Shown here: positions 28,012 through 37,626 of the stretch, piece by piece
Layout: each line of letters opens with the position of its first letter
Position numbering within the stretch: the stretch's first letter is position 1
Assembly (NCBI GenBank): GCA_016932615.1
Contig: JAFGCN010000007.1
Span: forward strand, 19,189 to 83,188
Length of the DNA: 64,000 bases
DNA from: Candidatus Aenigmatarchaeota archaeon
GTDB lineage: Archaea; Aenigmatarchaeota; Aenigmatarchaeia; QMZS01
Direction of reading: 5' to 3'
Notes under the pieces: model-generated
What the model was told of the DNA's origin: nothing
Seen by the model: only the letters and a program-made list of their open reading frames with translations
Databases searched by the model: none
Made by a program: the position numbers and the translations under genes

Positions 28012-29205
28012 CTACTTCTCATTTAGCGAGCTGCACTTAAAGTTAAAGTTATTGAGTCTCTGCTCAGCATAAAAAGACAAGTCTGCAATGAGCGAATCCG
28101 TCTGGGCGACATTGTTCTGGTGAGACGTTCCGTCGCACTCAGCGCTGTAGCCGCTGACGGTTATATGCCCAAAGCACCAGAGAAGGCCTACCCTCTTTGG
28201 AACATTGCTTCTAAGAACCATGTTGTTTGTCGGGTCCGCTATTGGAAAGGAGGTAACCTTGTTGCTTATTGGCCCAATGAAAAGCTTTGTGTCGCCCAGG
28301 CCGTATTTTCCATCCTTAACTGTGTCAATCCACCCAAAAAGCTCTATGAAACCGGAAAGCTCGCCCTGGTCTTCGCCCGAAGTCGTGTCGCCTGCCTCTT
28401 CTTCGGGGTCAATGAGGCCGTTTTCAAGGTCCTGTTTGTTCCTGACAACAAGGCAAGCCCATGCCTCCTGGCCACTGACTGAAATCGAAAAAAGCCCCTC
28501 ACCAGTGTCTCCCGGCTTAACGTCTTCCACTATGAAGGTCGGCTTTCCTTCGATGTCGATGCCGTACCCCCCGCATGACTCCTCAGTCAGATTAATCCGG
28601 TACAAAAGCCCTGCCGTATTCCTGGTCGGGTCGGGAAACCCAGCCCGGTTTTTAACCTTTATCTCAATTGTATTTTCTCCTGCTTTCATCCTTCCAAGAA
28701 GGTTGTAAGTGCGAACCGACCCGTAATTTGTGTTTAAAACGCTTGCGCCTACCAAAAGCCCATTGACCCTAAGCTCATAAGTGTTGTCCGCGGCGAGTTC
28801 AATCATCGCGTATTTCGGCGGAACCGTAAGAGTAACCTTTCTTACAAAAGTATAAGTCTCGTCCCGGCTGGGATTTTCAACATAATAGCTTTTCCATATC
28901 CATTTCGCTCCGGGGATGCTGGTCCAGGCGGGATTTCCGGAGTATGCCTCAACTGCGTTTTCTCCGGTTTCCTTTACGGTGTCCTCCTCACTGCTTGTGA
29001 TAATCTGGTAGCAGGCCTCCGGGTTGGGCGAAGGAAGCAGATTCACGTTAAGAGTAAATGGCTGGGATGAAAATCCACTCCCAGACATTATCGAGTCAAC
29101 TGAAAAAGCGCCGGTAACATTCTCCATGCTCCCAAAAGCCAGGGCAAGAATTCCCACTGCAAGAATGCCTGCAAAAACGACGAGATACTGGGAAGAGAGT
29201 CTCAT
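28012..29205 (-). CDS. secreted protein with SipW-cognate (TasA/camelysin-type) signal peptide
   Basis: N-terminus ...ILALAFGSMENVTGAFSVDSIMSGSG carries the TGAFxxD core of the SipW-cognate signal. Confidence 0.55.
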   Translation of the reverse strand: MRLSSQYLVVFAGILAVGILALAFGSMENVTGAFSVDSIMSGSGFSSQPFTLNVNLLPSPNPEACYQIITSSEEDTVKETGENAVEAYSGNPAWTSIPGAKWIWKSYYVENPSRDETYTFVRKVTLTVPPKYAMIELAADNTYELRVNGLLVGASVLNTNYGSVRTYNLLGRMKAGENTIEIKVKNRAGFPDPTRNTAGLLYRINLTEESCGGYGIDIEGKPTFIVEDVKPGDTGEGLFSISVSGQEAWACLVVRNKQDLENGLIDPEEEAGDTTSGEDQGELSGFIELFGWIDTVKDGKYGLGDTKLFIGPISNKVTSFPIADPTNNMVLRSNVPKRVGLLWCFGHITVSGYSAECDGTSHQNNVAQTDSLIADLSFYAEQRLNNFNFKCSSLNEK

Positions 29206-29323
29206 AAACTATCTTGAAAAACCGCCAATATATACTTTACCTCTCGTAAGTGTCCTGTAATGCTTCTGCACGCCGTCCGTTGTTTCATTCATGCAGAAAA
29301 AACAAATGGCAGAGCCGACTTGA

Positions 29324-30280
29324 TTAAGGCGATTGGCAATGCGCAATGCCCCAAAGAATTGCTTCAAGCCCGCTGTAATCCGACGCACTGAAGAAATAGG
29401 TCGTGTCGGTGGGTATGTTTGTCCTGTACCAGTCTATCCACCCGGCATTTGTCCCGACGAATACGACATATATCTTTATTCCTGCGGCCTTTGCGGCATC
29501 GGCCTGGGCTATTGCGGCGGCCTCACCCGTTCCAGGGTTGCCTGGCTTGTTGGGCATCTTGTCGGCGATAAGTATCATGTAATCCGGCGACCCGGCATCA
29601 TTTCGGTCGTTAGGTCCTGTAAGCTCAGTTGTCGCGTTCAGAAGGCCTCCGTAAAGGTTTGTGTTGCTGCCTGTGTCAAGCAGCTCTATTGCCGCGTCGA
29701 TTGCCGCCCTGTCGCCGGTTAAAATCTGGTCCAGGGTTCCCTCATCAGCATAACTTGCCTGGCCTATGTGCGGCCCATCCAGCTCTGGAGTCAGGTTATC
29801 AACAAAGGAATGAGCTGCTGCCTTTAAGGTGTCCATATCGCCGGACGTGCCTCCAGACCTTTGAAACACAAGCATCACGTCAGGCCTTGCCGAGCACATG
29901 CTTGGAAGAGTGCAGTCCGACAGGCAATTCACGCCATTATTGACGCCGTCATCGCACTCCTCAGGCCCGTTTACTGTTCCGTCGCCGCAGTATTCATCGG
30001 TTATGCATTCATCCCAAAGGCAGCTTTCTGTGCAACCCCTCATTCCGGAGTATCCTAACAGAGTTGTGCAAGAGCCCAGGTTTCCGTCGCACTCTTCGCC
30101 TTCTTCGACCTCCCCGTTTCCGCAAGAAGAAGGAAAAACTGCCGCCACCGAAAATGAATTCCCCGCAGAGCTTTCCGTGTCAGTTATAAAAGCGCCTGTC
30201 GGCTTTTCGGCCGTGCCTGAAAGGATAAGTAAAGCTAGACCAACAAACATTACACCGGCTAAAACTCTTGAACTCACCAT
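29324..30280 (-). CDS. SipW-cognate secreted protein with Myxococcus-type Cys-rich repeats and vWA domain
   Basis: PTGAFITDTESSAGNSFSVA signal; CGNGEVEEGEECD and CGDGTVNGPEECDDG repeats; vWA-like LVFQRSGGTSGD ... LIADKMPN ... IYVVFVG. Confidence 0.6.
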   Translation of the reverse strand: MVSSRVLAGVMFVGLALLILSGTAEKPTGAFITDTESSAGNSFSVAAVFPSSCGNGEVEEGEECDGNLGSCTTLLGYSGMRGCTESCLWDECITDEYCGDGTVNGPEECDDGVNNGVNCLSDCTLPSMCSARPDVMLVFQRSGGTSGDMDTLKAAAHSFVDNLTPELDGPHIGQASYADEGTLDQILTGDRAAIDAAIELLDTGSNTNLYGGLLNATTELTGPNDRNDAGSPDYMILIADKMPNKPGNPGTGEAAAIAQADAAKAAGIKIYVVFVGTNAGWIDWYRTNIPTDTTYFFSASDYSGLEAILWGIAHCQSP

Positions 30281-30409
30281 GCTTAAATATATTTAGCCGG
30301 GGATGCTATATATGCAAAGTGGTTTGTAGTGCTATTGTAATGGTTTTTGCAGACGTTCCTGCCACAGGGGGAAAACAAAAAAGCTGAAAAGTGAAAAGAA
30401 AATGTTGGA

Positions 30410-31189
30410 CTAATCTACTGGGTTGCAAAGGAATTTGCCGTTGTTTCTTGCCTGGACTACCTCAAAGGAGATGTCTGCTGTGTAGCTGTCTGTCTGGACG
30501 CTGTTGTCTATAGGCAGGCCATTGCAGTATCCATCACCTTCGATGGTTCCAAGGCACCATGCTGCGCCTATAAAGTATGTCTTGGTTGGGTCCAATGGCT
30601 CGCCATCAATTCCGCCCACGTTGTTCTCTGCTGCGTCTGCAAGAGTCCACTTGACTGTTGAAATTGCGTCTGCCGTGCCTGCTGTCAAAAGCTCATCGCA
30701 CTCCACCTGATAGATGTTGTCTCCAGGGACTGCATCGTCTTCATCATCGCAAATGTCTGCCCAAATCATGAAGTTGAGGTTTGCTCCAAGCTCTCCATCT
30801 GTATCAGACTCGCAAGTTGGCTCATCATCGATTTCTGGCTCGTTGCATCCGTTTTCATCATCGCTTGTCTTTGTAAGAACCACGCATCCCCATGCAGGGT
30901 TTGTGTCAACGTGGATGCTTATCGTGTTCTCACCATAGTCGCCGGGCTTAAGGTCTGCGTAGTTGAAAAACTTCTGTGCCTCAAGGTCAGTGAGTTCCCA
31001 GCTGCATTCCTCCTTAGGATCTCCATTGTAAGTACAGGTGCTGTCAATCAACAGGTCAATTTCTCCGGCAGTAAATGTGTTGCCCTGTGATGTCTCAGTG
31101 TCAGAGAAGAATGCTCCTGTCATGCTTCCGCCAATAGCTGCTGCTGTTAGTCCGATAACTAGTAAACTGACTAGTATTTTTGTATTCAT
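30410..31189 (-). CDS. SipW-cognate (TasA/camelysin-like) secreted protein
   Basis: MNTKILVSLLVIGLTAAAIGGSMTGAFFSDTETSQGNTFTAGEIDL matches SipW-cognate signal consensus (GAFFSD.E.S..N.F.AG.LDL). Confidence 0.65.
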   Translation of the reverse strand: MNTKILVSLLVIGLTAAAIGGSMTGAFFSDTETSQGNTFTAGEIDLLIDSTCTYNGDPKEECSWELTDLEAQKFFNYADLKPGDYGENTISIHVDTNPAWGCVVLTKTSDDENGCNEPEIDDEPTCESDTDGELGANLNFMIWADICDDEDDAVPGDNIYQVECDELLTAGTADAISTVKWTLADAAENNVGGIDGEPLDPTKTYFIGAAWCLGTIEGDGYCNGLPIDNSVQTDSYTADISFEVVQARNNGKFLCNPVD

Positions 31190-31375
31190 ATAAATAGATT
31201 GTCCTCTACAATATTTAAGGAAAAAATAATTCCATTACGCTCGTAATTGTTGGATACTTCTTGGAAGTCTTATCTGGCAGTAATTTCAAAAAATCGGGCT
31301 TAATGAATTTTATCCGGGAGTAATCAAACTGAACAGAATGAGTAAGAAAAATTAAGAGAAAAAATAAAACAAAAC

Positions 31376-32815
31376 TTAGTCGCCGTTGCTGCAGTTTGCA
31401 AGATCTTCAAGTATCTCCAGCAAGTCGTTGAAATTCCCTGCGTCAAAGTAGTATGTAGAGTCGGTTGCAATATTTGCCTTGAGCCAGTCGGCATTGTCGG
31501 TGCTAACTCCAACCCCTACGACATATATCTTTGTGCCTCTGCTATCAGCAACATCTGCCTGCGCCTTTGCCATGTTTCTTGGCGTGTCTGGGCTTGTTGG
31601 AAGGTTTGGCTCTCCATCAGTTATTATGACCATGTAGTCCGGGGAGTCTGCGTCATCCCTGTCGTAAGAGGCATCTTCAAGCTCTTGGTTTGCAAGCAAG
31701 ATTCCCTCATAAAGGTTTGTGCTTCCGCCAGGAGATACTGCATCTATTGCCGCGTCGATTGCTGTTTTGTCGCTGGTTAAGTGCAGATCAAGTGTTCCGC
31801 TTGTTGAGAAACTTGTCTGGCCCATATGCGCTCCGTCTGTTTTTGGGTCAAGGGCTGTGACAAATGCGTGGGCTGCGTTCTTCATGGTGTTCATCTCAGT
31901 TGTGTCAATGCTTGCTGATCTGTCGAGAACGGTCATCACGTCAGGCGCTGCCGCGCAGATTCCCGGAAGGGTGCAGTCATTTCGGCATTCGTCATCATTT
32001 ACGTCATTTCCGTCGTCGCATTCCTCGCCCTGTTCAAGAATTCCATTTCCGCACACCGGCTCAGTGCCTGGCACGCAAAGGAAGTTCTCATTATGCCTCT
32101 GCTGGATTGCTTCAAAGGATATGTCTGCCATTACGCTGTCTGTCTGGATGATGTTTCCTGTTTCACTGGGAACGCTCCATGCAACCGCTATGCAGTAGTT
32201 GACTCCGGGTTGGACTGGTTCTCCCGTCAGGGCATCGGCAATTGGCCAGACAAGGTCTGTTGCCTTTGCTCCCTGGACAAGGTACTCATCTATTTCTACA
32301 TCGAAGTCGTTTTCGCAGTCATAATCCCTCCAGATGTCAAAAGACAAAACATCCTGCAGTTCGCCTTCGCCTAATCCTTGGTCGCCGCAGGTGCCATCTG
32401 CCTCATCTTCCGGCTCTGTGCAGCCGTTTTCAGCGTTTGAGAGGCCGGATATTTTTGCGCAAACCCAGGCCGGGTTTGAGGTAACGTGGATGCTTATTGT
32501 GCTCTCGCCATAGTCGCCGGGCTTGACATCACCAAAATTTAGGATTGGCTGTCCGTTCAGGTCCTGGGCAAGCCATGTGCATTCGCATTCTGTTCCAGGA
32601 ACAGGGTAATCATTTCCTCCCTGCCAGGTTCCGTCAACGCACTCGTTTCCATTGTAGTGGCATTCGCTGTCTACAGTAAGGTCAATTTCTCCGGCAGTAA
32701 ATGTGTTGCCAGTTGATGTTTCCGTGTCTGAGAAGAATGCTCCAGTCATTGTGCCGCCAATAGCTATCGCTGTCAGTCCGATAACTAGTAAACTGACTAG
32801 TATTTTTGTATTCAT
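31376..32815 (-). CDS. SipW-cognate secreted protein with Myxococcus-type Cys-rich repeat and C-terminal vWA domain
   Basis: N-terminus nearly identical to 30410-31189 product; CGNGILEQGEECDDGNDVNDDEC repeat; vWA MIDAS VLDRSASI ... ITDGEPN ... IYVVGVG. Confidence 0.65.
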   Translation of the reverse strand: MNTKILVSLLVIGLTAIAIGGTMTGAFFSDTETSTGNTFTAGEIDLTVDSECHYNGNECVDGTWQGGNDYPVPGTECECTWLAQDLNGQPILNFGDVKPGDYGESTISIHVTSNPAWVCAKISGLSNAENGCTEPEDEADGTCGDQGLGEGELQDVLSFDIWRDYDCENDFDVEIDEYLVQGAKATDLVWPIADALTGEPVQPGVNYCIAVAWSVPSETGNIIQTDSVMADISFEAIQQRHNENFLCVPGTEPVCGNGILEQGEECDDGNDVNDDECRNDCTLPGICAAAPDVMTVLDRSASIDTTEMNTMKNAAHAFVTALDPKTDGAHMGQTSFSTSGTLDLHLTSDKTAIDAAIDAVSPGGSTNLYEGILLANQELEDASYDRDDADSPDYMVIITDGEPNLPTSPDTPRNMAKAQADVADSRGTKIYVVGVGVSTDNADWLKANIATDSTYYFDAGNFNDLLEILEDLANCSNGD

Positions 32816-32901
32816 ATAAATAGCTTAACTTCGGGATTATAAACATAAAACAGTTTCAATTACATGTGTAATTGATAGATACTGCCCAAAGATTAGCGGT
32901 T

Positions 32902-33465
32902 TTATCCCTTTATCAGAATCTTATTCTGTGTTGTATCGTATTTTATCCTGATGAGCGTCTGGTTTTCGATAACGCCTCCGTAGATTTCCCAGCCAATCTG
33001 GTCCTGGTCTCCGCAGTCCCCGTCATACTCGTACTCGCCCCCCAATTCATCAACGAGCAGGTAGTTTTGAAGGACTTCGCATCCGCCCTGCGTTTCCATG
33101 ACCTTGGTAAAATCGTACTCGGTCAGCCGGCCAGGGTGAGTCTTCAGAAAAACTTCGCTGCAAACAACGTCTTTTTTCTGGGCGGGTTTTATTGCATCCT
33201 GCCAGCAGATTATCGCGCGCGATGCAAGGTCAATTGCAAGCTGCTGGGTTGTCCTCGGCTCGATTTCTTCAGTCAGTCTTGAAAATCCGCTCGGCTTGCA
33301 CCAGTTCGGCTTGACGCCAATTTTTTCGGTCAGGTAGCAAAAACCGTCACTCATTGCCTGTTGGATTGTATTATTGGTAAAGGCAAGAAGAAGCGCTATT
33401 CCGACAAGCGCGATAATCATTGTCCCAACCAGGTCAAGCTCAAGGCCTTTTGCCATAATAGTCAC
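32902..33465 (-). CDS. class III signal peptide (pilin-like) protein
   Basis: MAKGLELDLVGTMIIALVGIALLLAF N-terminus. Confidence 0.4.
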   Translation of the reverse strand: MTIMAKGLELDLVGTMIIALVGIALLLAFTNNTIQQAMSDGFCYLTEKIGVKPNWCKPSGFSRLTEEIEPRTTQQLAIDLASRAIICWQDAIKPAQKKDVVCSEVFLKTHPGRLTEYDFTKVMETQGGCEVLQNYLLVDELGGEYEYDGDCGDQDQIGWEIYGGVIENQTLIRIKYDTTQNKILIKG

Positions 33466-33487
33466 TAATAATATTCAATAAGCAAAG

Positions 33488-34405
33488 TTATCGCTTGGAG
33501 TCCAGGGACTGGTGAACTAGTATCGGCTCTTCCTTCTCCAGGACATATGTGTATGAAGTCGTGATTTTGAGCGTAAGCTCTACGTCCTGGCCGGAGCTAA
33601 GGTGTGGCGGAGAAATCTTGACAATGCAGTCTCCGGTCTTTCCTCCGCGGAGCCGAGCATTCCTGCACTCGCTGGTGTCAACGCTCCCGACAAGGTTTTG
33701 CCCAAGTGACTCGACTTTGACAGAATCTATCGTAAACTCCCTTGGGTCAGAAGTGTCTCCCTGCGGGTATCCATTATCGATATTTGTAAACTTAAGCGTA
33801 ACTGGAATCTTGTCGTTCGAGCCGCCCACAATGAAAACGTTATCCATCAAGACATCCACGACAATCGGCGCCCTGGAGTTTGAAATTGTCTTTGCCGTAT
33901 CCGGCATAACGCCACGCTCGCGCATCCCCTTGTAGGCATCTTCAGTAAGCGCGTAAACCTTGGCGGTTGTTATGGTTGCATAATCGTAATATATCCTAAC
34001 TCCAGCAGTATAGGTCTCAGTTTCCCCAATCTCCGGAACCCGGACGTTTTTCCAGGTAATTGTGCACGGGTCGCCAATCCGGTTAAGCTCCTCGTTAGGG
34101 GGGTAAAGCTGCGGCTGATTGCACCTCTGCTCGCTTGAGTAGCCAACCCAGGAAAGCCGATAGGGCTTTGCAACAACATTTTCTATGGTCGTGTCACCCA
34201 GGTTCTGAACCTTCAGGACAATGTCTATGGTATCACCGGAACTCACATAGTCATACCCTGAGCCAAAGTCAATAATAGAAAGGCCGCTTCCGTAAGTAAT
34301 GGGCTCATTGTTTGAGCCACCAAAAGACGTGCAGCCGCTTGTTGCCACAACCAGGAGCATCATGAATCCAGCAAAAAAGATATTTTTCATGCTACTATTC
34401 ATCAT
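33488..34405 (-). CDS. secreted protein, paralog of 34395-35282 (possible lipoprotein, SGCT after signal peptide)
   Basis: Signal peptide plus SGCT; shares VVAKP..L.W.G...E..C / YYDY / PVTLKFTN blocks with the adjacent gene. Confidence 0.4.
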   Translation of the reverse strand: MMNSSMKNIFFAGFMMLLVVATSGCTSFGGSNNEPITYGSGLSIIDFGSGYDYVSSGDTIDIVLKVQNLGDTTIENVVAKPYRLSWVGYSSEQRCNQPQLYPPNEELNRIGDPCTITWKNVRVPEIGETETYTAGVRIYYDYATITTAKVYALTEDAYKGMRERGVMPDTAKTISNSRAPIVVDVLMDNVFIVGGSNDKIPVTLKFTNIDNGYPQGDTSDPREFTIDSVKVESLGQNLVGSVDTSECRNARLRGGKTGDCIVKISPPHLSSGQDVELTLKITTSYTYVLEKEEPILVHQSLDSKR

Positions 34406-35282
34406 CCTCCAAGCTGGGGTTTACGGTAATCGTCTGCTTCTCTTCTATCGCATAGCTGTACTTAGAGACAATCCTTATGTCCGCCACTATTTCGTCTGTT
34501 GTACTCGAAGGCACCTCAAGCCAGAAAATGCAGTCTCCTGACGCTCCCCCCCTCATAGGTATTTCGCTTCCGCAGTTTCCTAAGTCATCAATTCTCATGC
34601 CGCCGCTTCTTTCAAGGTTCACCTCTACAGAATCAATCTGGTAGCTTCTTGCGTCCCCATCAAATGACTGAGGGTAGCCGCTAGCAGCGTTTGTAAACTT
34701 AAGGTTAACCGGAACTCTCTTTGTTCCGGAGGTTGGAATAATTATTACGCTGTCTATTGAAACGCTCACCTGAATAGGCCCATTAGTGTTCGAAATTGTC
34801 TTTGCCATTGGCACTTCGCCTCTCTCCTTAAGCCCTGCAAATTGCCTTGCGCTTATTGCAAACACTTGGGCACTTGTTTCAGTGGAATAATCATAATAGA
34901 ATCGAACGCCCACAGGGAAAGTCTCCTGGGTCTGTACCTTTGGAACTCTTATGCCCCTCCAGCTTACATAGCACGGCTGGCCTTGCCTTTCAAGGTCGGA
35001 TTTTGGGGGGTAAAGCTCGTCGCAGGTTCTCTCCTGGTTAAAGCCATCCCATGGAAGGTAGATTGGCTTTGCTACTACATGGTCTATTTTCCGGTCGCCC
35101 AGGTTTGTCGCCTGGGCCTCAATTGAAATGCTGTCGCCCGACATAACATAATTGTAGCTTGGGCGCACATAATCAATAGAAAGCCCCGTGCCGCCGCCAG
35201 CCCCGCCATCAGAATCAGAATTCGTACATCCGCTTAATGACACCACCAGCAGAAGAGAAAATATCAGCCAGGTGTTCTTCAT
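34395..35282 (-). CDS. secreted protein, paralog of 33488-34405
   Basis: signal peptide + SGCT; tandem paralog, 11-nt overlap. Confidence 0.4.
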   Translation of the reverse strand: MKNTWLIFSLLLVVSLSGCTNSDSDGGAGGGTGLSIDYVRPSYNYVMSGDSISIEAQATNLGDRKIDHVVAKPIYLPWDGFNQERTCDELYPPKSDLERQGQPCYVSWRGIRVPKVQTQETFPVGVRFYYDYSTETSAQVFAISARQFAGLKERGEVPMAKTISNTNGPIQVSVSIDSVIIIPTSGTKRVPVNLKFTNAASGYPQSFDGDARSYQIDSVEVNLERSGGMRIDDLGNCGSEIPMRGGASGDCIFWLEVPSSTTDEIVADIRIVSKYSYAIEEKQTITVNPSLEDDE

Positions 35283-35336
35283 AATATAACCATATCTATA
35301 TATAAAAGATAAAACAATTCAAAATATCAAAATCAA

Positions 35337-36350
35337 CTAAGGCGTGTCTACTGGCGCGCATTCCGGCTCATCGAGCGTGAAGGTCATCTTTATGTTCCAC
35401 TCCATTGGCTTTCCGTCTTCACCGCCCAAAGGAATAAACTTGTGGTCTGCAAGGTAGATATTTATCGAATGAGGGTCGCCTCCCTGAAGTAAAAGAGGGC
35501 TCATGCACATCTCCTCCTGTTTCTTCCTGATGCAATCGGTGTGTGGCGATGAAAGCTCGGTTATCTTGCATTCTACGTATTCGGGGTTGTCCGGGTCAAG
35601 CTTCTTCTTGAGGTCCTCGCAGAGGTCGTCGTAAGCGATCTTAAGCTTGGTAAGCTCGTCCTCTGGGCAGTTTCCCGCCATGGAAGCAGACATTATCCTT
35701 ATTGGGTTGTTCTTCTCGAACTCTTTACTGAGCACGTTGTAGAAGTGGGTGGACCTTATTGGGCCGATGTCATTAACGTTGAGGGCTCCGTTATAATTGG
35801 TCCTTACAGGGTCTGTTACCTCTATAAGCTCATCCGGAAGGCCCGAGCCAAAGTAGTTGCAGTTGAGGTGATTGCATCCCGAAAGCTCTGGAAGAGTGAC
35901 TCCTACGCACTCCGGGTCCGAAACAGAGATGCCTTTTTCTGCCAATACCGGCTGCTTGTTTAGCGCCTCTACATAGGCAGTCATATACTGAAGCGAATTT
36001 GTGCCTATTGCCGCTTTAAACTCATTTGGAGTAACCGGCTGAGCGACATTGTTGCAGCACCAGTAGGTGTCGGGGTTTGTCGTGCCGCCGTTCTTCGTTA
36101 TGTCCATTACCCCATTCAATGTGCTAAACCTTAAGTCCTGAAGGACCATTGATTTTGTTATCTCAAGCTTCTCCGTAGCCCTGTCCTGGTCAATCTTCTG
36201 AGAGCTGCTTTCCGCAAGCCCGGAGCCCATGGAAGACTGGTAGCTAAGAGCTCCAAGAACTCCAAGAACTCCGACCAATGCAATTATCGCAACCACTGAG
36301 TATGCCACGCCTTTCCTGTGTTTCATTAAGCTAGACATAATAGTATTCAC
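35337..36350 (-). CDS. class III signal peptide (pilin-like) protein
   Basis: MKHRKGVAYSVVAIIALVGVLGVLGA N-terminus. Confidence 0.4.
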   Translation of the reverse strand: MNTIMSSLMKHRKGVAYSVVAIIALVGVLGVLGALSYQSSMGSGLAESSSQKIDQDRATEKLEITKSMVLQDLRFSTLNGVMDITKNGGTTNPDTYWCCNNVAQPVTPNEFKAAIGTNSLQYMTAYVEALNKQPVLAEKGISVSDPECVGVTLPELSGCNHLNCNYFGSGLPDELIEVTDPVRTNYNGALNVNDIGPIRSTHFYNVLSKEFEKNNPIRIMSASMAGNCPEDELTKLKIAYDDLCEDLKKKLDPDNPEYVECKITELSSPHTDCIRKKQEEMCMSPLLLQGGDPHSINIYLADHKFIPLGGEDGKPMEWNIKMTFTLDEPECAPVDTP

Positions 36351-36402
36351 AAGAGAATATATATAGGTAATGCCTAATGACTCTACTCTGGAACTTTAAG
36401 CG

Positions 36403-37626
36403 CTACTTGTTCCAGTGGTAAACATATAGCTCGACATACTTTCCAAGAACCGTGACGGGAAGTATGTTTGTCGAAGACCTTATATTCTTGCCTTTGGGAG
36501 GCACCGTTCCCGCCTCAAGGTAAGGCACTCTGTTTGGCTGGATTTCCTTGATTATCTTCTCTATTGTTTCGGCAGAATCAGAAACATCAGACAGGTCGTA
36601 CATCTGCCCTTTGGTGGTATTGGACATCTCGTCCATCCACTGGGAAAGTGTTCCTCTGCTGCACGAACAGTAATTGTCGGGCACAACTACGCTCTGGCAG
36701 CCCGCCCCAGTCTTTATTGTCCCACAGGCATCGCCTCTGAATGCAAATATGTAGACGTCATCCTGAGTCGCCCTCTTAAGCCCCCTGTCAAAAAGTGTTC
36801 TTGAGCCGCCAGAAGGGCAGCCGCACTCGGTTCCGCCAGGAAGCTCATCAGAAATAGGTATCGCGACTTTTATGACATTTTCTCTCCAGCCAAATTGCCC
36901 GGGTCCCTTGTAAGGCCCCATGGCAATTGCGCACTCGAGGCCTGCGCCCCAGTCCTCATCATTTGAGCCCTGTCCTCCGCAGGGGTTTCTGCATACCATA
37001 TTTTCATAATTCAAAGGCATGGCAACAACATGAAAATAATCGGTTTCCTTTGTTTCCTTTCTCACATCAAATGGAATCCAAGCGCCATTTTTCTGGATGC
37101 AGCAGCTTGGAGTCCCCAAAAGGAAAATGGTCATTTCGGCTTTCTTTCCATTAGCTCTAAGGTCATCAATGACCTGCGGCACATCGGTCACAAGGGCATA
37201 TATCTGCTCGCACATCGAGGCAGACGTGTCTACAACAGCAACAATCTGGACATCCGCAGAAACATTTGGGAATGGAATTCTAAGGTACCAGTTGCCTTTT
37301 CCGTATATGGCATCAAACTTCCACTCAAGCTCTTTTTTGACATCGATTTCCCCAACGCCAGGCCCAAAGTAAATTGTGGTGTTTCCAGACTTTGCTGCTA
37401 TTCCCAAAAGCTCTATCATAGTCTTTCCTGTTCGTGATTCCGTGGTGTAGAGTATAGAGTTTACTCCTGCCTTGAAGCTTTCAAGCTGCTGGCGTTCTGT
37501 CAGGTCTTTTGCGGTGTTCGTATAGTCCTTCATGGAAAAGACCCCTAAAAAGAAAAGAAGCCCAATAATAGCAACTCCAAGAACTACCATGCCAAGTATC
37601 TCAAACGTCTGTCCTTTTGCTTTCAT
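36403..37626 (-). CDS. pilin-like protein with vWA domain
   Basis: MKAKGQTFEILGMVVLGVAIIGLLFF (KG|Q...E prepilin signal); MIDAS VAVVDTSASM. Confidence 0.5.
   Translation of the reverse strand: MKAKGQTFEILGMVVLGVAIIGLLFFLGVFSMKDYTNTAKDLTERQQLESFKAGVNSILYTTESRTGKTMIELLGIAAKSGNTTIYFGPGVGEIDVKKELEWKFDAIYGKGNWYLRIPFPNVSADVQIVAVVDTSASMCEQIYALVTDVPQVIDDLRANGKKAEMTIFLLGTPSCCIQKNGAWIPFDVRKETKETDYFHVVAMPLNYENMVCRNPCGGQGSNDEDWGAGLECAIAMGPYKGPGQFGWRENVIKVAIPISDELPGGTECGCPSGGSRTLFDRGLKRATQDDVYIFAFRGDACGTIKTGAGCQSVVVPDNYCSCSRGTLSQWMDEMSNTTKGQMYDLSDVSDSAETIEKIIKEIQPNRVPYLEAGTVPPKGKNIRSSTNILPVTVLGKYVELYVYHWNK

Noticed and set aside
28120-32484. Plus-strand ORFs inside the SipW-cognate genes (28120-28482, 28205-28708, 29333-29722, 29629-29943, 29898-30296, 31719-32198, 31864-32151 etc.)
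   Set aside because: Antisense to longer ORFs that carry signal peptides and vWA or Cys-repeat motifs. Compositionally Ser/Pro/Arg-rich, as expected for reverse frames.
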